A stretch of DNA of 32,388 bases from a virus (lineage: Duplodnaviria > Caudoviricetes), in the IMG/VR virus record IMGVR_UViG_3300025637_000035, positions 1 through 32,388 of that record; one strand, written 5' to 3'. A model generated the notes under the pieces. That model did no database searches, had not been told where the DNA came from, and was given only the letters and a program-made list of their open reading frames with translations. Both the position numbers and the translations under genes were made by a program. Of the stretch, positions 19,108-27,226 are shown piece by piece. Each line of letters starts with the position of its first letter. The first letter of the stretch is position 1.

Positions 19108-19470
19108 ATGAAGCATTTAACACCTACATCTGAATTGCAAACTATTAATATTATACCAAGAGTATATTCAAGAGATGTTATTGTAAAGTTAAGAGATGAC
19201 AGTACTAATAATACAGTTACTTTTTCTCTAGTTGGTATTCGTTTTAAAAATTACATTCAAATAACAACTGTTTTTGATTTAAAAGAGGGGCATTTTTACG
19301 ATTTAAAAGTATATGATGCACAAGGAGAAATAGTGGATTCAAACATTATTTATAGAGATAAAATATTTTGTACTGCACAATCAACAAACCAGTCTAACAA
19401 CGAACATTATACAGTAAATAAAGATGTATATAAATCAAAGAGTGGTAATAACGATTTTATAATATTATGA
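19108..19470 (+). CDS. Hypothetical virion protein (possible head closure)
   Basis: 120 aa, coupled to the portal gene. Confidence 0.5.
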   Translation: MKHLTPTSELQTINIIPRVYSRDVIVKLRDDSTNNTVTFSLVGIRFKNYIQITTVFDLKEGHFYDLKVYDAQGEIVDSNIIYRDKIFCTAQSTNQSNNEHYTVNKDVYKSKSGNNDFIIL

Positions 19471-21290
19471 GTAAACACATAAATAAATACAGAAAGCCAA
19501 CGGTAGCTAAAAAGAAAGATTCAAAGATTAGCTTTGTAAATCTATCAACTTATAGTTCTCCTAAAATTGTAGAATCTAAAAGTAAAGAGTGGGTTGAATT
19601 TGGTGCTAACAATGATTATTTCAAATTTTTGATAGACCGAGCAAATGGAAGTGCTACATCTGGTGCTTGTATTACTGGTATCTCTCAAATGATATACGGA
19701 AAAGGTATAGATGCAACAAACAGTTCTAAAAAGCCAGAGCAATATGCAAGAATGATATCTTTATTTAAAAAAGACGATTTAAGGCAATTAGCATACGATT
19801 TAAAACTAACTGGACAATGTGCTATACAAGTTATCTATTCAAAAAATAAAAAGACAATTGAAAAGGTTGAACACTTGCCAATTGAAACACTAAGAGCAGA
19901 AAAATGTAGTGCAGACGACAAACAAGTTCAAGCATATTATTATCATCCAGATTGGGTTAATATAAAACCAAGTGAACAACCTTTAAGGATTCCAGCGTTT
20001 GGAGTATCTGATACACCTAAACCTATTGAGATTTTATATGTTAAACCTTATGAGGCTGGGATGTATTATTATAGCACACCAGACTATATTTCTGGGATTA
20101 GCTTTAGTGAAATTGAAGAGGAAATTGCGAACTTTCACGTTAATAACGTAAAAAATTCTTTTGCTCCAGCATCCTTAATTAATTTCAATAATGGAGTTCC
20201 AGACGAAGAGGCACAAACATTAATTGAAAACAAAATAGTTTCTAAATTTCAAGGAACAAATTCAGCTGGAAAACTAATAATTGCTTTTAATGACTCTAAA
20301 GAATCACAAGCAGACATTACACCAGTTCAAATTTCTGATGCACATTCCACTTACGAATTTATTTCTGGTGAAGCACAAAGCAAGATAATGATGTCTCATA
20401 GGATTGTGTCTCCAATGCTATTAGGTATTAAAGATAATTCTGGTTTTGGTAATAATGCAGAGGAGTTAAAGAACGCTTCTATATTGATGCAAAACATTGT
20501 TATCAATCCATTCCAAGAACTTTTAACAGATGCACTTGATAAGATACTAGCGTTTAATGGAATTAGCTTAAACCTATACTTTAAGACCTTACAACCATTA
20601 CAATTTATTGATTTAGACAATGTAAAGTCAGAAGAAACTAGAGAAGAAGAAACAGGTGTTAAGATGGCAAAAATGAATTCTGATTTAGAAGAGTTTGGAG
20701 AAGATGAAGATTTAGAAGAGTGGGAATTAATAGACGAAAGAAAAGTAGATTATGATTCAGAAGAAGAATTAGATAAAAAAGTTGAAGCGTTAAACAACCC
20801 TAAATTATCTATCCTTTCTAAAATATACAATTTTGCAACTACTGGAACTGCAAGACCAAATGCAAATAGCAAACAAGATGGAGAAGCAAACGGTTTTAAA
20901 TTCAAAGTAAGATACCAATATGCACCTTTAACTGCAAGTTCTGATAGTAGGGAGTTTTGCAAGAAAATGGTAGCATCTAAAAAAATATATCGCAAAGAAG
21001 ATATAGAAATGATGAGTAAAAGTAGCGTAAATGCTGGATGGGGATTAAATGGAACTGATAATTACGATATCTTTTTATATAAAGGCGGTGGAGATTGTCA
21101 TCATTTTTGGATGAGAAAGACTTATAAGTCAAAAAGAAAAGGTGGTACTGCTGATGCTAAAAATCCAAATTCAGAAATAAGCGTAAATAAGGCTAAAAAA
21201 GAGGGATTTAAACCAGAAGTAAATGCTAAAGAGGTTGCAAAAAGACCAACAGATATGCCTAATAACGGATTTGTAAACAAAAAAAGATAA
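19467..21290 (+). CDS. Portal protein with C-terminal extension
   Basis: YGKG, YYSTPDY, FQGTNSAGK, HRIVSPMLLGI portal-like core of about 380 aa, plus about 200 aa tail containing SREFCKKM and KGGGDCHHFW. Confidence 0.75.
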   Translation: MSKHINKYRKPTVAKKKDSKISFVNLSTYSSPKIVESKSKEWVEFGANNDYFKFLIDRANGSATSGACITGISQMIYGKGIDATNSSKKPEQYARMISLFKKDDLRQLAYDLKLTGQCAIQVIYSKNKKTIEKVEHLPIETLRAEKCSADDKQVQAYYYHPDWVNIKPSEQPLRIPAFGVSDTPKPIEILYVKPYEAGMYYYSTPDYISGISFSEIEEEIANFHVNNVKNSFAPASLINFNNGVPDEEAQTLIENKIVSKFQGTNSAGKLIIAFNDSKESQADITPVQISDAHSTYEFISGEAQSKIMMSHRIVSPMLLGIKDNSGFGNNAEELKNASILMQNIVINPFQELLTDALDKILAFNGISLNLYFKTLQPLQFIDLDNVKSEETREEETGVKMAKMNSDLEEFGEDEDLEEWELIDERKVDYDSEEELDKKVEALNNPKLSILSKIYNFATTGTARPNANSKQDGEANGFKFKVRYQYAPLTASSDSREFCKKMVASKKIYRKEDIEMMSKSSVNAGWGLNGTDNYDIFLYKGGGDCHHFWMRKTYKSKRKGGTADAKNPNSEISVNKAKKEGFKPEVNAKEVAKRPTDMPNNGFVNKKR

Positions 21291-21291
21291 T

Positions 21292-21792
21292 ATGGCAACT
21301 GCATTATTTATAAGTAGAACGGATTTAGTAAAGAACACTATCATAGATGGGAATGTTGATACTGATTTGTTTATACAATACGTGAAGATTTCACAAGAGA
21401 TACACATACAAAACTATTTAGGTAGTAAATTATATGATAAAATATCTGCTGACATTATAGCTGATACTTTAACTGGAGATTATTTAACGTTGGTTAACGA
21501 TTATATACAACCTATGTTAATTCACTATGCTATGGTTGATTTTCTTCCATTTGCAGCATATCAATTAAAGTCTGGAGGTATATTTAAGCATTCTTCAGAA
21601 AACTCTGAAACTGCTTCTAAAGATGAAGTTGATTATTTAGTACAAAAAGAAAGAGATTTTGCAGAACATTATACAAGAAGATTTGTAGATTATATTTGTT
21701 TTGATAGTTCAAAGTTTCCAGAATACAATCAAAATGTAAATTCTGATGTATATCCAGATAAAAATGTAGGTGGTTCAAATTGGGTAATATAA
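21292..21792 (+). CDS. Probable head-tail adaptor
   Basis: Helical 166 aa protein directly after the portal; QEIHIQNYLGSKLY. Confidence 0.55.
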   Translation: MATALFISRTDLVKNTIIDGNVDTDLFIQYVKISQEIHIQNYLGSKLYDKISADIIADTLTGDYLTLVNDYIQPMLIHYAMVDFLPFAAYQLKSGGIFKHSSENSETASKDEVDYLVQKERDFAEHYTRRFVDYICFDSSKFPEYNQNVNSDVYPDKNVGGSNWVI

Positions 21793-21878
21793 TGAAAGGA
21801 TATAAACCGAAAGCAGTAAACGTTGTTAAGTTAGAAAAGTATCTAACTAAAAAAGAAAAAAGCAATAAAAAAAAATAA
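21792..21878 (+). CDS. Basic micro-ORF (28 aa), not in ORF track
   Basis: TAATG-coupled; MKGYKPKAVNVVKLEKYLTKKEKSNKKK. Confidence 0.5.
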   Translation: MKGYKPKAVNVVKLEKYLTKKEKSNKKK

Positions 21879-21885
21879 TACAAAA

Positions 21886-22242
21886 ATGAGTGTAGCAGCA
21901 ATTGTTCAAATAGATAACCAATACAAAGGCGATACGTATGATGGAGTGCAATTTACTCTTTTAAATACAGAAGATAATTCTCCTATTGATTTAACTGGTG
22001 TTGCTATTAAAATTCAATTTAGATATGATTCGAAGATAGGTGGTATTCAAAAAGAAATAACTAATGGTAACGGTGTAACGATATCAGATGCAGTTAATGG
22101 TGTTTTTTCAATAGATAGTTTTCTTATTGATTGGTCTCCAGATGTTTACTACTTTGATGTTCAAATGACGTTTCCAAATGGAGTTGTTAGAACATACATA
22201 CAAGGTACAATAAAAGTAATACAAGATATAACAAATGGATAA
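21886..22242 (+). CDS. BppU-like fibre anchor/baseplate upper domain protein
   Basis: KGDT, PIDLTG, YYFDVQM, TYIQGTIKV..DIT pattern. Confidence 0.65.
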   Translation: MSVAAIVQIDNQYKGDTYDGVQFTLLNTEDNSPIDLTGVAIKIQFRYDSKIGGIQKEITNGNGVTISDAVNGVFSIDSFLIDWSPDVYYFDVQMTFPNGVVRTYIQGTIKVIQDITNG

Positions 22243-23242
22243 TATTACTGTCATAGTCGAAGATTACCCACAAGAAATAACTGTTCAAGTTACAACTAGC
22301 GGAATAACCGTTGACCAAGCTAATCAAATTATTGCCAATACTCAAAAGGTTGGTTATACTGATGCTTTGGTTTCAGCGAATACAGATGTAATTGCTAACA
22401 CTGCAAAAGTTGGAATAACAACTACTCAAGCAAGTGAAATAATAGCAAACAATTCTAAAGTAGGTATTACTGCACAACAAACAAGTGATATAGTTGCCAA
22501 TAATAGTAAAGTAGGAATAACAACACAACAAGCTAATGATATAGTTACAAATAATTCAAAGGTTGGTTATACTGATGCACTTGTTTCTGCAAACTCTGAC
22601 GTTGTAGCAAATATTGCAAAGGTTGGAATAACAACTCAACAATCTAATGATATCAATACTAATAATAATAAAGTTGGAATCACTACTCAACAATCGAATG
22701 ATATTGTTACTAATAATAATAAAGTAGGTATTACAACACAACAAGCCAACGAAATAATAGCTAACAATGCTAAAGTTGGATATACAGAAGCATTAGTTTC
22801 TGCAAACTCAAGTGTAGTTGCTAATACTTCAAAAGTAGGTATCACAACTATTCAAGCGAGTGATATAACAAGTAATAATGCAAAGGTAGGAATTACTACT
22901 CAACAAGCGACTGATATTGTTTCAAATAACTCTAAAGTAGGAATAACTACACAACAAACGAGTGATATAACCATAAACAACGCAAAGGTTTCTGATATTA
23001 ACCACGTTACTTTAGAATTACCAAACGTAGATAATACAAGTGATTTAAACAAACCTATCTCAATAGCTACACAATCAGCTTTAGATTTAAAGGTTGATAA
23101 AACACAAGACGAAATAAATACTCAAAATATATTTAAGGCAGTTAGTTTTGCAATGGATTTCTCTGATAGAGTTATAGCAGATAGTGGTATTCTTGAAAGT
23201 AGGGAATGTATAATGAATGAATATTTAAAAATTAATATATAA
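22235..23242 (+). CDS. Tail fibre shaft protein with tandem repeats
   Basis: 12 KVG-initiated repeats plus a phage-tail-repeat-like NVDNTSDLNKPIS.ATQ.ALD.K motif. Confidence 0.75.
   Translation: MDNITVIVEDYPQEITVQVTTSGITVDQANQIIANTQKVGYTDALVSANTDVIANTAKVGITTTQASEIIANNSKVGITAQQTSDIVANNSKVGITTQQANDIVTNNSKVGYTDALVSANSDVVANIAKVGITTQQSNDINTNNNKVGITTQQSNDIVTNNNKVGITTQQANEIIANNAKVGYTEALVSANSSVVANTSKVGITTIQASDITSNNAKVGITTQQATDIVSNNSKVGITTQQTSDITINNAKVSDINHVTLELPNVDNTSDLNKPISIATQSALDLKVDKTQDEINTQNIFKAVSFAMDFSDRVIADSGILESRECIMNEYLKINI
22346..22984 (+). repeat. Coding tandem repeat, 3 x (60 nt + 3 x 51 nt)
   Basis: KVGYT[D/E]ALVSAN... (20 aa) followed by three KVGITTQQ... (17 aa) units, repeated three times. 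Confidence 0.9.
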
Positions 23243-24423
23243 TGGCAAAACCAAAATTAGCATTAATACCAGCAACGCAAGGAAGCAAGTTGTATTCCGT
23301 ATTACCAGCAGATGGTGTAGGGGATTTCAATTTTTCAAGAGGTTCAGCAGCTACAAGAATAAATAAAGAAGGACTAATTGAAACAGTTGCAAGTGGTGTT
23401 TCAAGATTAAACTATCCTTTAATTGATGGTGTTGTAAATGGTTGCCCAAGTCATTTATTAGAGCCATCTAGGAGTAATTTAGTTACTTATAGTGAGGATT
23501 TTAGTAATGCTTATTGGAGTAAAAGTGGTTCAAGTGTAACGAGTGGTTTTATTTCTCCTAATGGTACTGCAAATGCTTTTAAATTAACAAAAACTGGCTC
23601 TGGAAACAGCTTGGTAAGGCTTGTTTCTGGATTAACAAATGTTTTATACACTAATTCCTTTTATATTAAAAGAGTGTCTGGCAGCGGAAATGTAAGTCTA
23701 ATTTTACCTAATGGCACAGGTGAAGTAGTCGATATTGATAATGAATGGAAAAGGTATTCAGTTACATCTTTACCAAGTGGTGGTACTGGTGCTTTTACTG
23801 GATTAATTTTAAGTCAAACAAATGACGAAGTTTTAATATACGGCGCACAATTAGAACAAGGCGGTTACGCTACATCGTATATCCCAACAAGCGGTTCATC
23901 CGTTACTCGTGTAGCTGAAACTGCTAACGGTGCTGGAGATGCTTCTACGTTTAATGATTCAGAGGGTGTTTTGATGGTGGAGATAAGTGCTTTGGCTAAT
24001 GATGGAAGAATTGCATTAAATAATGGAACTACAAGTAGAAATGTAAGATTTGTTTATAATGCTAATGCAAATAGAATAGATGGTATTGTATATAATGGAG
24101 CAAATCAATTTTCATCTAATTATGTTTTACCAACGCAAGGTTCTTTTAATAAAATATCCTTAAAATATAAACCATCTGATTTTGCATTATGGGTTAATGG
24201 TTTTAAGGTGGGCTCTTTGGTTGGAAGTGGTACAACATTTACAGAGGGTACTTTATCAGAATTAGATTTTGACGCTGGAAGTAATGGCTTAATTCCTTTC
24301 TACGGAAAAACTAAACAAATACAATACTTCGATTCAGCATTAAACGATTCAGATTTAGAAACATTAACCTCTTGGGTTAGCTTTACAGATTTAGCTAATG
24401 GACAACTTTATAGCATAATATAA
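23242..24423 (+). CDS. Receptor-binding-like protein 1 (lectin/LamG-like domains)
   Basis: Beta-rich; LLEPSRSNL, EQGGYATSYIPT, FALWVNG; paralogue of the next gene. Confidence 0.65.
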   Translation: MAKPKLALIPATQGSKLYSVLPADGVGDFNFSRGSAATRINKEGLIETVASGVSRLNYPLIDGVVNGCPSHLLEPSRSNLVTYSEDFSNAYWSKSGSSVTSGFISPNGTANAFKLTKTGSGNSLVRLVSGLTNVLYTNSFYIKRVSGSGNVSLILPNGTGEVVDIDNEWKRYSVTSLPSGGTGAFTGLILSQTNDEVLIYGAQLEQGGYATSYIPTSGSSVTRVAETANGAGDASTFNDSEGVLMVEISALANDGRIALNNGTTSRNVRFVYNANANRIDGIVYNGANQFSSNYVLPTQGSFNKISLKYKPSDFALWVNGFKVGSLVGSGTTFTEGTLSELDFDAGSNGLIPFYGKTKQIQYFDSALNDSDLETLTSWVSFTDLANGQLYSII

Positions 24424-24424
24424 T

Positions 24425-25666
24425 ATGGCAAATACTTTAAATTTAGGAAACGGAAATTGGGCAACAAAAGAAGATTCTTTGTTAGCTTACAATTCAGAAA
24501 ATGGAAACTTTAAACCGCTGCCTTTTGACTTTACAAGAGCATCAAGTGCTACGGTTGTAAACAAAGCTGGTTTAATCGAAACAGTTGGTAGTGGAGAACC
24601 AAGAATTGACTTTAAGGATGATGCTAATGGTGCTTTATTGTTAGAGCCACAGAGGAGTAATTTAGTTGCTTATTCAGAAGCGTTTAATGAAACTTATTGG
24701 AGTAAATCAAGGGTTACTGTTACTCAAAATAATGTTGTTTCTCCAGATGGAACTTTAAATGCTGATAAACTAATAGAAACTTCAGATACTGGTTTACACG
24801 CAATATCTTCAAATACAACTGTTACAAGCGGAGTAAGTCATACTTTTTCTGTATTTATAAAAAAAGGTAGTAGTAATCTTATTCAATTTCTTTTCGGAAC
24901 AAATAACGTAACTGGAAATCCTTATGTAAATTTTGATGTTAATAATGGTTTGCTTCAAAATAATGGAGTAGATTCTGCTAATATAGAAAATTATGGAAAT
25001 GGGTGGTATAGATGCTCTGCTACTTACGTAACTGCAACAACTGCTTTTACTAACTTTATATCTCCAATACAATCTATTTCAGATAGCAGAGTAAGTAGTT
25101 TTACTGGAAACGTAAATAATAACATTTACATCTACGGAGCAATGATAGAACAAGGCAGTTACGCTACATCGTATATTCCTACATCTGGAAGTGCAGTAAC
25201 GAGGGTTGCAGATGCTTGTAATAATACTGGTAATGACCAAGTATTTAATGATAGCGAGGGTGTTATATATTTTCAGTTATCGTATTCAGATACAAATGAT
25301 GCTGGATATCTTCAAATATCAGATGGAACAAGCGATAATAGAATTATTATTTGGAATCTAACATCGACATCATTAAGAGGTTTAGTTGTTGTTGGAGGTG
25401 CTGCACAAGCACAAATTAACGGAGGTATAATATCAAGTAACACTACTTTTAAAGTAGCTCTTAAATATAAAACAAATGATTTTGCTTTATGGGTTGATGG
25501 TGTTAAAGTTGGTGCTGATGTTTCTGGTTTAACTTTTGGAAGTAATGTTTTAAATAAAATAGATTTATCAGTTAATACAGTCGAATTTAAAGGAAACGTT
25601 AAAGACGTAAGAGTTTACAACACCGCATTAACAGACGCAGAATTAACTGCATTAACCAAAATATAA
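24425..25666 (+). CDS. Receptor-binding-like protein 2 (lectin/LamG-like domains)
   Basis: LLEPQRSNL, GNGWYRC, EQGSYATSYIPT, FKGNVKDVRVYNTALTDAEL. Confidence 0.65.
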   Translation: MANTLNLGNGNWATKEDSLLAYNSENGNFKPLPFDFTRASSATVVNKAGLIETVGSGEPRIDFKDDANGALLLEPQRSNLVAYSEAFNETYWSKSRVTVTQNNVVSPDGTLNADKLIETSDTGLHAISSNTTVTSGVSHTFSVFIKKGSSNLIQFLFGTNNVTGNPYVNFDVNNGLLQNNGVDSANIENYGNGWYRCSATYVTATTAFTNFISPIQSISDSRVSSFTGNVNNNIYIYGAMIEQGSYATSYIPTSGSAVTRVADACNNTGNDQVFNDSEGVIYFQLSYSDTNDAGYLQISDGTSDNRIIIWNLTSTSLRGLVVVGGAAQAQINGGIISSNTTFKVALKYKTNDFALWVDGVKVGADVSGLTFGSNVLNKIDLSVNTVEFKGNVKDVRVYNTALTDAELTALTKI

Positions 25667-25706
25667 GAGTAACAATTACACACGTATAACCAATAAGAGT
25701 AATATT

Positions 25707-26057
25707 ATGAAAATAGGAAAATATAGTTTTGACAATAAAGAACAAGCACAAACAAAAATTGATGCTTTAGGAACTGCAACTGATGAAGATGGAAACGAAT
25801 ATCCAACTCACAAACACACAATTGTACATTTAGGAAATATTGTTTTAGAACAAGCAGTAATTAACGAAGATGGAGAAATAGAAACAGAAGCAGTCTTATC
25901 AGAAGATTGGCATTTAGATGTGCTATGGTCTAATTTAGAAGCTGATGAAGATGGTACTATTGACCATCCTTATGGTTGGAAATCTAAAAGTGTTAATATT
26001 GATGGAGATGGTGTTCACGCTTTCTTTGGGCTGAATTACGATTCTTTAAAATTTTAA
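25707..26057 (+). CDS. Hypothetical acidic protein (possible fibre chaperone)
   Basis: Follows the fibre genes; WHLDVLW, HAFFG. Confidence 0.5.
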   Translation: MKIGKYSFDNKEQAQTKIDALGTATDEDGNEYPTHKHTIVHLGNIVLEQAVINEDGEIETEAVLSEDWHLDVLWSNLEADEDGTIDHPYGWKSKSVNIDGDGVHAFFGLNYDSLKF

Positions 26058-26065
26058 CGTTGGAT

Positions 26066-26224
26066 ATGCAAGATATAAAAATAGGAGCAATTAATCTACT
26101 AACGTTTACCGTTAGCTTTTCAAATATTGAACAATGGTTAAAAATAACTTTATTAGTTGTTTCTATTGCATATACTGTATTGAAAATATTTAAAATGAGT
26201 AGTAAGAATGAAACTAACAAATAA
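26066..26224 (+). CDS. Probable holin (52 aa), not in ORF track
   Basis: MQDIKIGAINLLTFTVSFSNIEQWLKITLLVVSIAYTVLKIFKMSSKNETNK; hydrophobic; overlaps the endolysin start. Confidence 0.6.
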   Translation: MQDIKIGAINLLTFTVSFSNIEQWLKITLLVVSIAYTVLKIFKMSSKNETNK

Positions 26225-26603
26225 TTTTAGCAAGTCAGAATTTGAATGTAAAAGTGGTGAAGAGATGCCTTTGGATGTTTTAGAAAATGTGAAACTATTA
26301 GCTATCCAATTACAAAAGATTAGGGAGTATGTAGGAAAGCCTATTAGAATAAATAGTGCTTACAGATCTCCAGACTATAACGATAACATTGTAAAAGGTT
26401 CTAAAAAGAGCCAACACAAATTAGGTAAAGCAGCAGATATCACAATAGACACATTTACACCAGATGAAGTTGTATCTATTATAGAGAATATGCTGACAAA
26501 TGAAATGTTAGGTGGTTTCTATATTGGTGGTTTAGGTTCTTACAACACTTTTACACACGTAGATATAAGAGACAAAAAAGCTAGGTGGAACTTTAAAAAA
26601 TAA
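26208..26603 (+). CDS. Endolysin, peptidase M15A family
   Basis: NFSKSEFEC, INSAYR, SQHKLGKAADI, FTHVDIR. Confidence 0.9.
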   Translation: MKLTNNFSKSEFECKSGEEMPLDVLENVKLLAIQLQKIREYVGKPIRINSAYRSPDYNDNIVKGSKKSQHKLGKAADITIDTFTPDEVVSIIENMLTNEMLGGFYIGGLGSYNTFTHVDIRDKKARWNFKK

Positions 26604-26604
26604 T

Positions 26605-26751
26605 ATGGATATAAATTTAATTTTATTAATGCCAAATGCAATGATGCTAGGATATCAGCATTACGAGGAAGAGGATGATTTTGATTTTAAAGAAGTTAAT
26701 TTATTTTTATTCTTTTTTCAGATACAATTCCGTTGGGGAGAAAACCTTTAA
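26605..26751 (+). CDS. Small hypothetical protein (48 aa), not in ORF track
   Basis: MDINLILLMPNAMMLGYQHYEEEDDFDFKEVNLFLFFFQIQFRWGENL; fills the gap in the lysis block. Confidence 0.6.
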   Translation: MDINLILLMPNAMMLGYQHYEEEDDFDFKEVNLFLFFFQIQFRWGENL

Positions 26752-26754
26752 GAT

Positions 26755-27198
26755 ATGAGTATATTAAGTTTATTAGGGAATTTATTAGGTATCGGAAAAG
26801 GGTTCTTGGAGAACAAAGCTAAACTAAAGACTCTAAAGCAAGAACAAGATTTTGCAATTATAGAAGCACAAACAAAAGCAAATGTCGATAGGATCCTTTC
26901 TAATACTGATTCAGATAACCAAATTGATTTAAGAACTGCACAAGACAAAAGGCACAGTTTAAAAGATGAAGTAGTAACCTATCTATTTTTAATACCAGTT
27001 ATTATAGCAACTGTTACTCCTTTTATTATAGCCTACAAAGAAAATAATTTTGTGAATTTATCCGAAGATATTAGGCTTTCTTATGAGAATTTAAACCAAT
27101 TACCAGACTGGTATAAATACGTATTAGGTGCTATTATTATTGATGTTCTTGGGTTTAGATCTTTCGCTAGAAAAATTTTATCTAAGTATATAAAATAA
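26755..27198 (+). CDS. Membrane protein, 3TM-holin-like
   Basis: Hydrophobic segments; LPDWY.Y.LG......GFRS C-terminal pattern; located in the lysis block. Confidence 0.55.
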   Translation: MSILSLLGNLLGIGKGFLENKAKLKTLKQEQDFAIIEAQTKANVDRILSNTDSDNQIDLRTAQDKRHSLKDEVVTYLFLIPVIIATVTPFIIAYKENNFVNLSEDIRLSYENLNQLPDWYKYVLGAIIIDVLGFRSFARKILSKYIK

Positions 27199-27223
27199 AT
27201 TTAAGCATTTTTCTCATTATATA
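27197..27223 (+). promoter_or_regulatory. Putative late promoter 6 (leaderless)
   Basis: AAATT-N13-CATTATATA-N3-ATG. Confidence 0.65.
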
Positions 27224-27226
27224 TAT

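Noticed and set aside
22346-22984. CRISPR-like array
   Set aside because: Repeats are in-frame, degenerate at third codon positions and have no unique spacers
23242-25666. Diversity-generating retroelement or invertible shufflon
   Set aside because: No reverse transcriptase, no adenine-specific TR/VR pair, and no inverted sites or invertase seen
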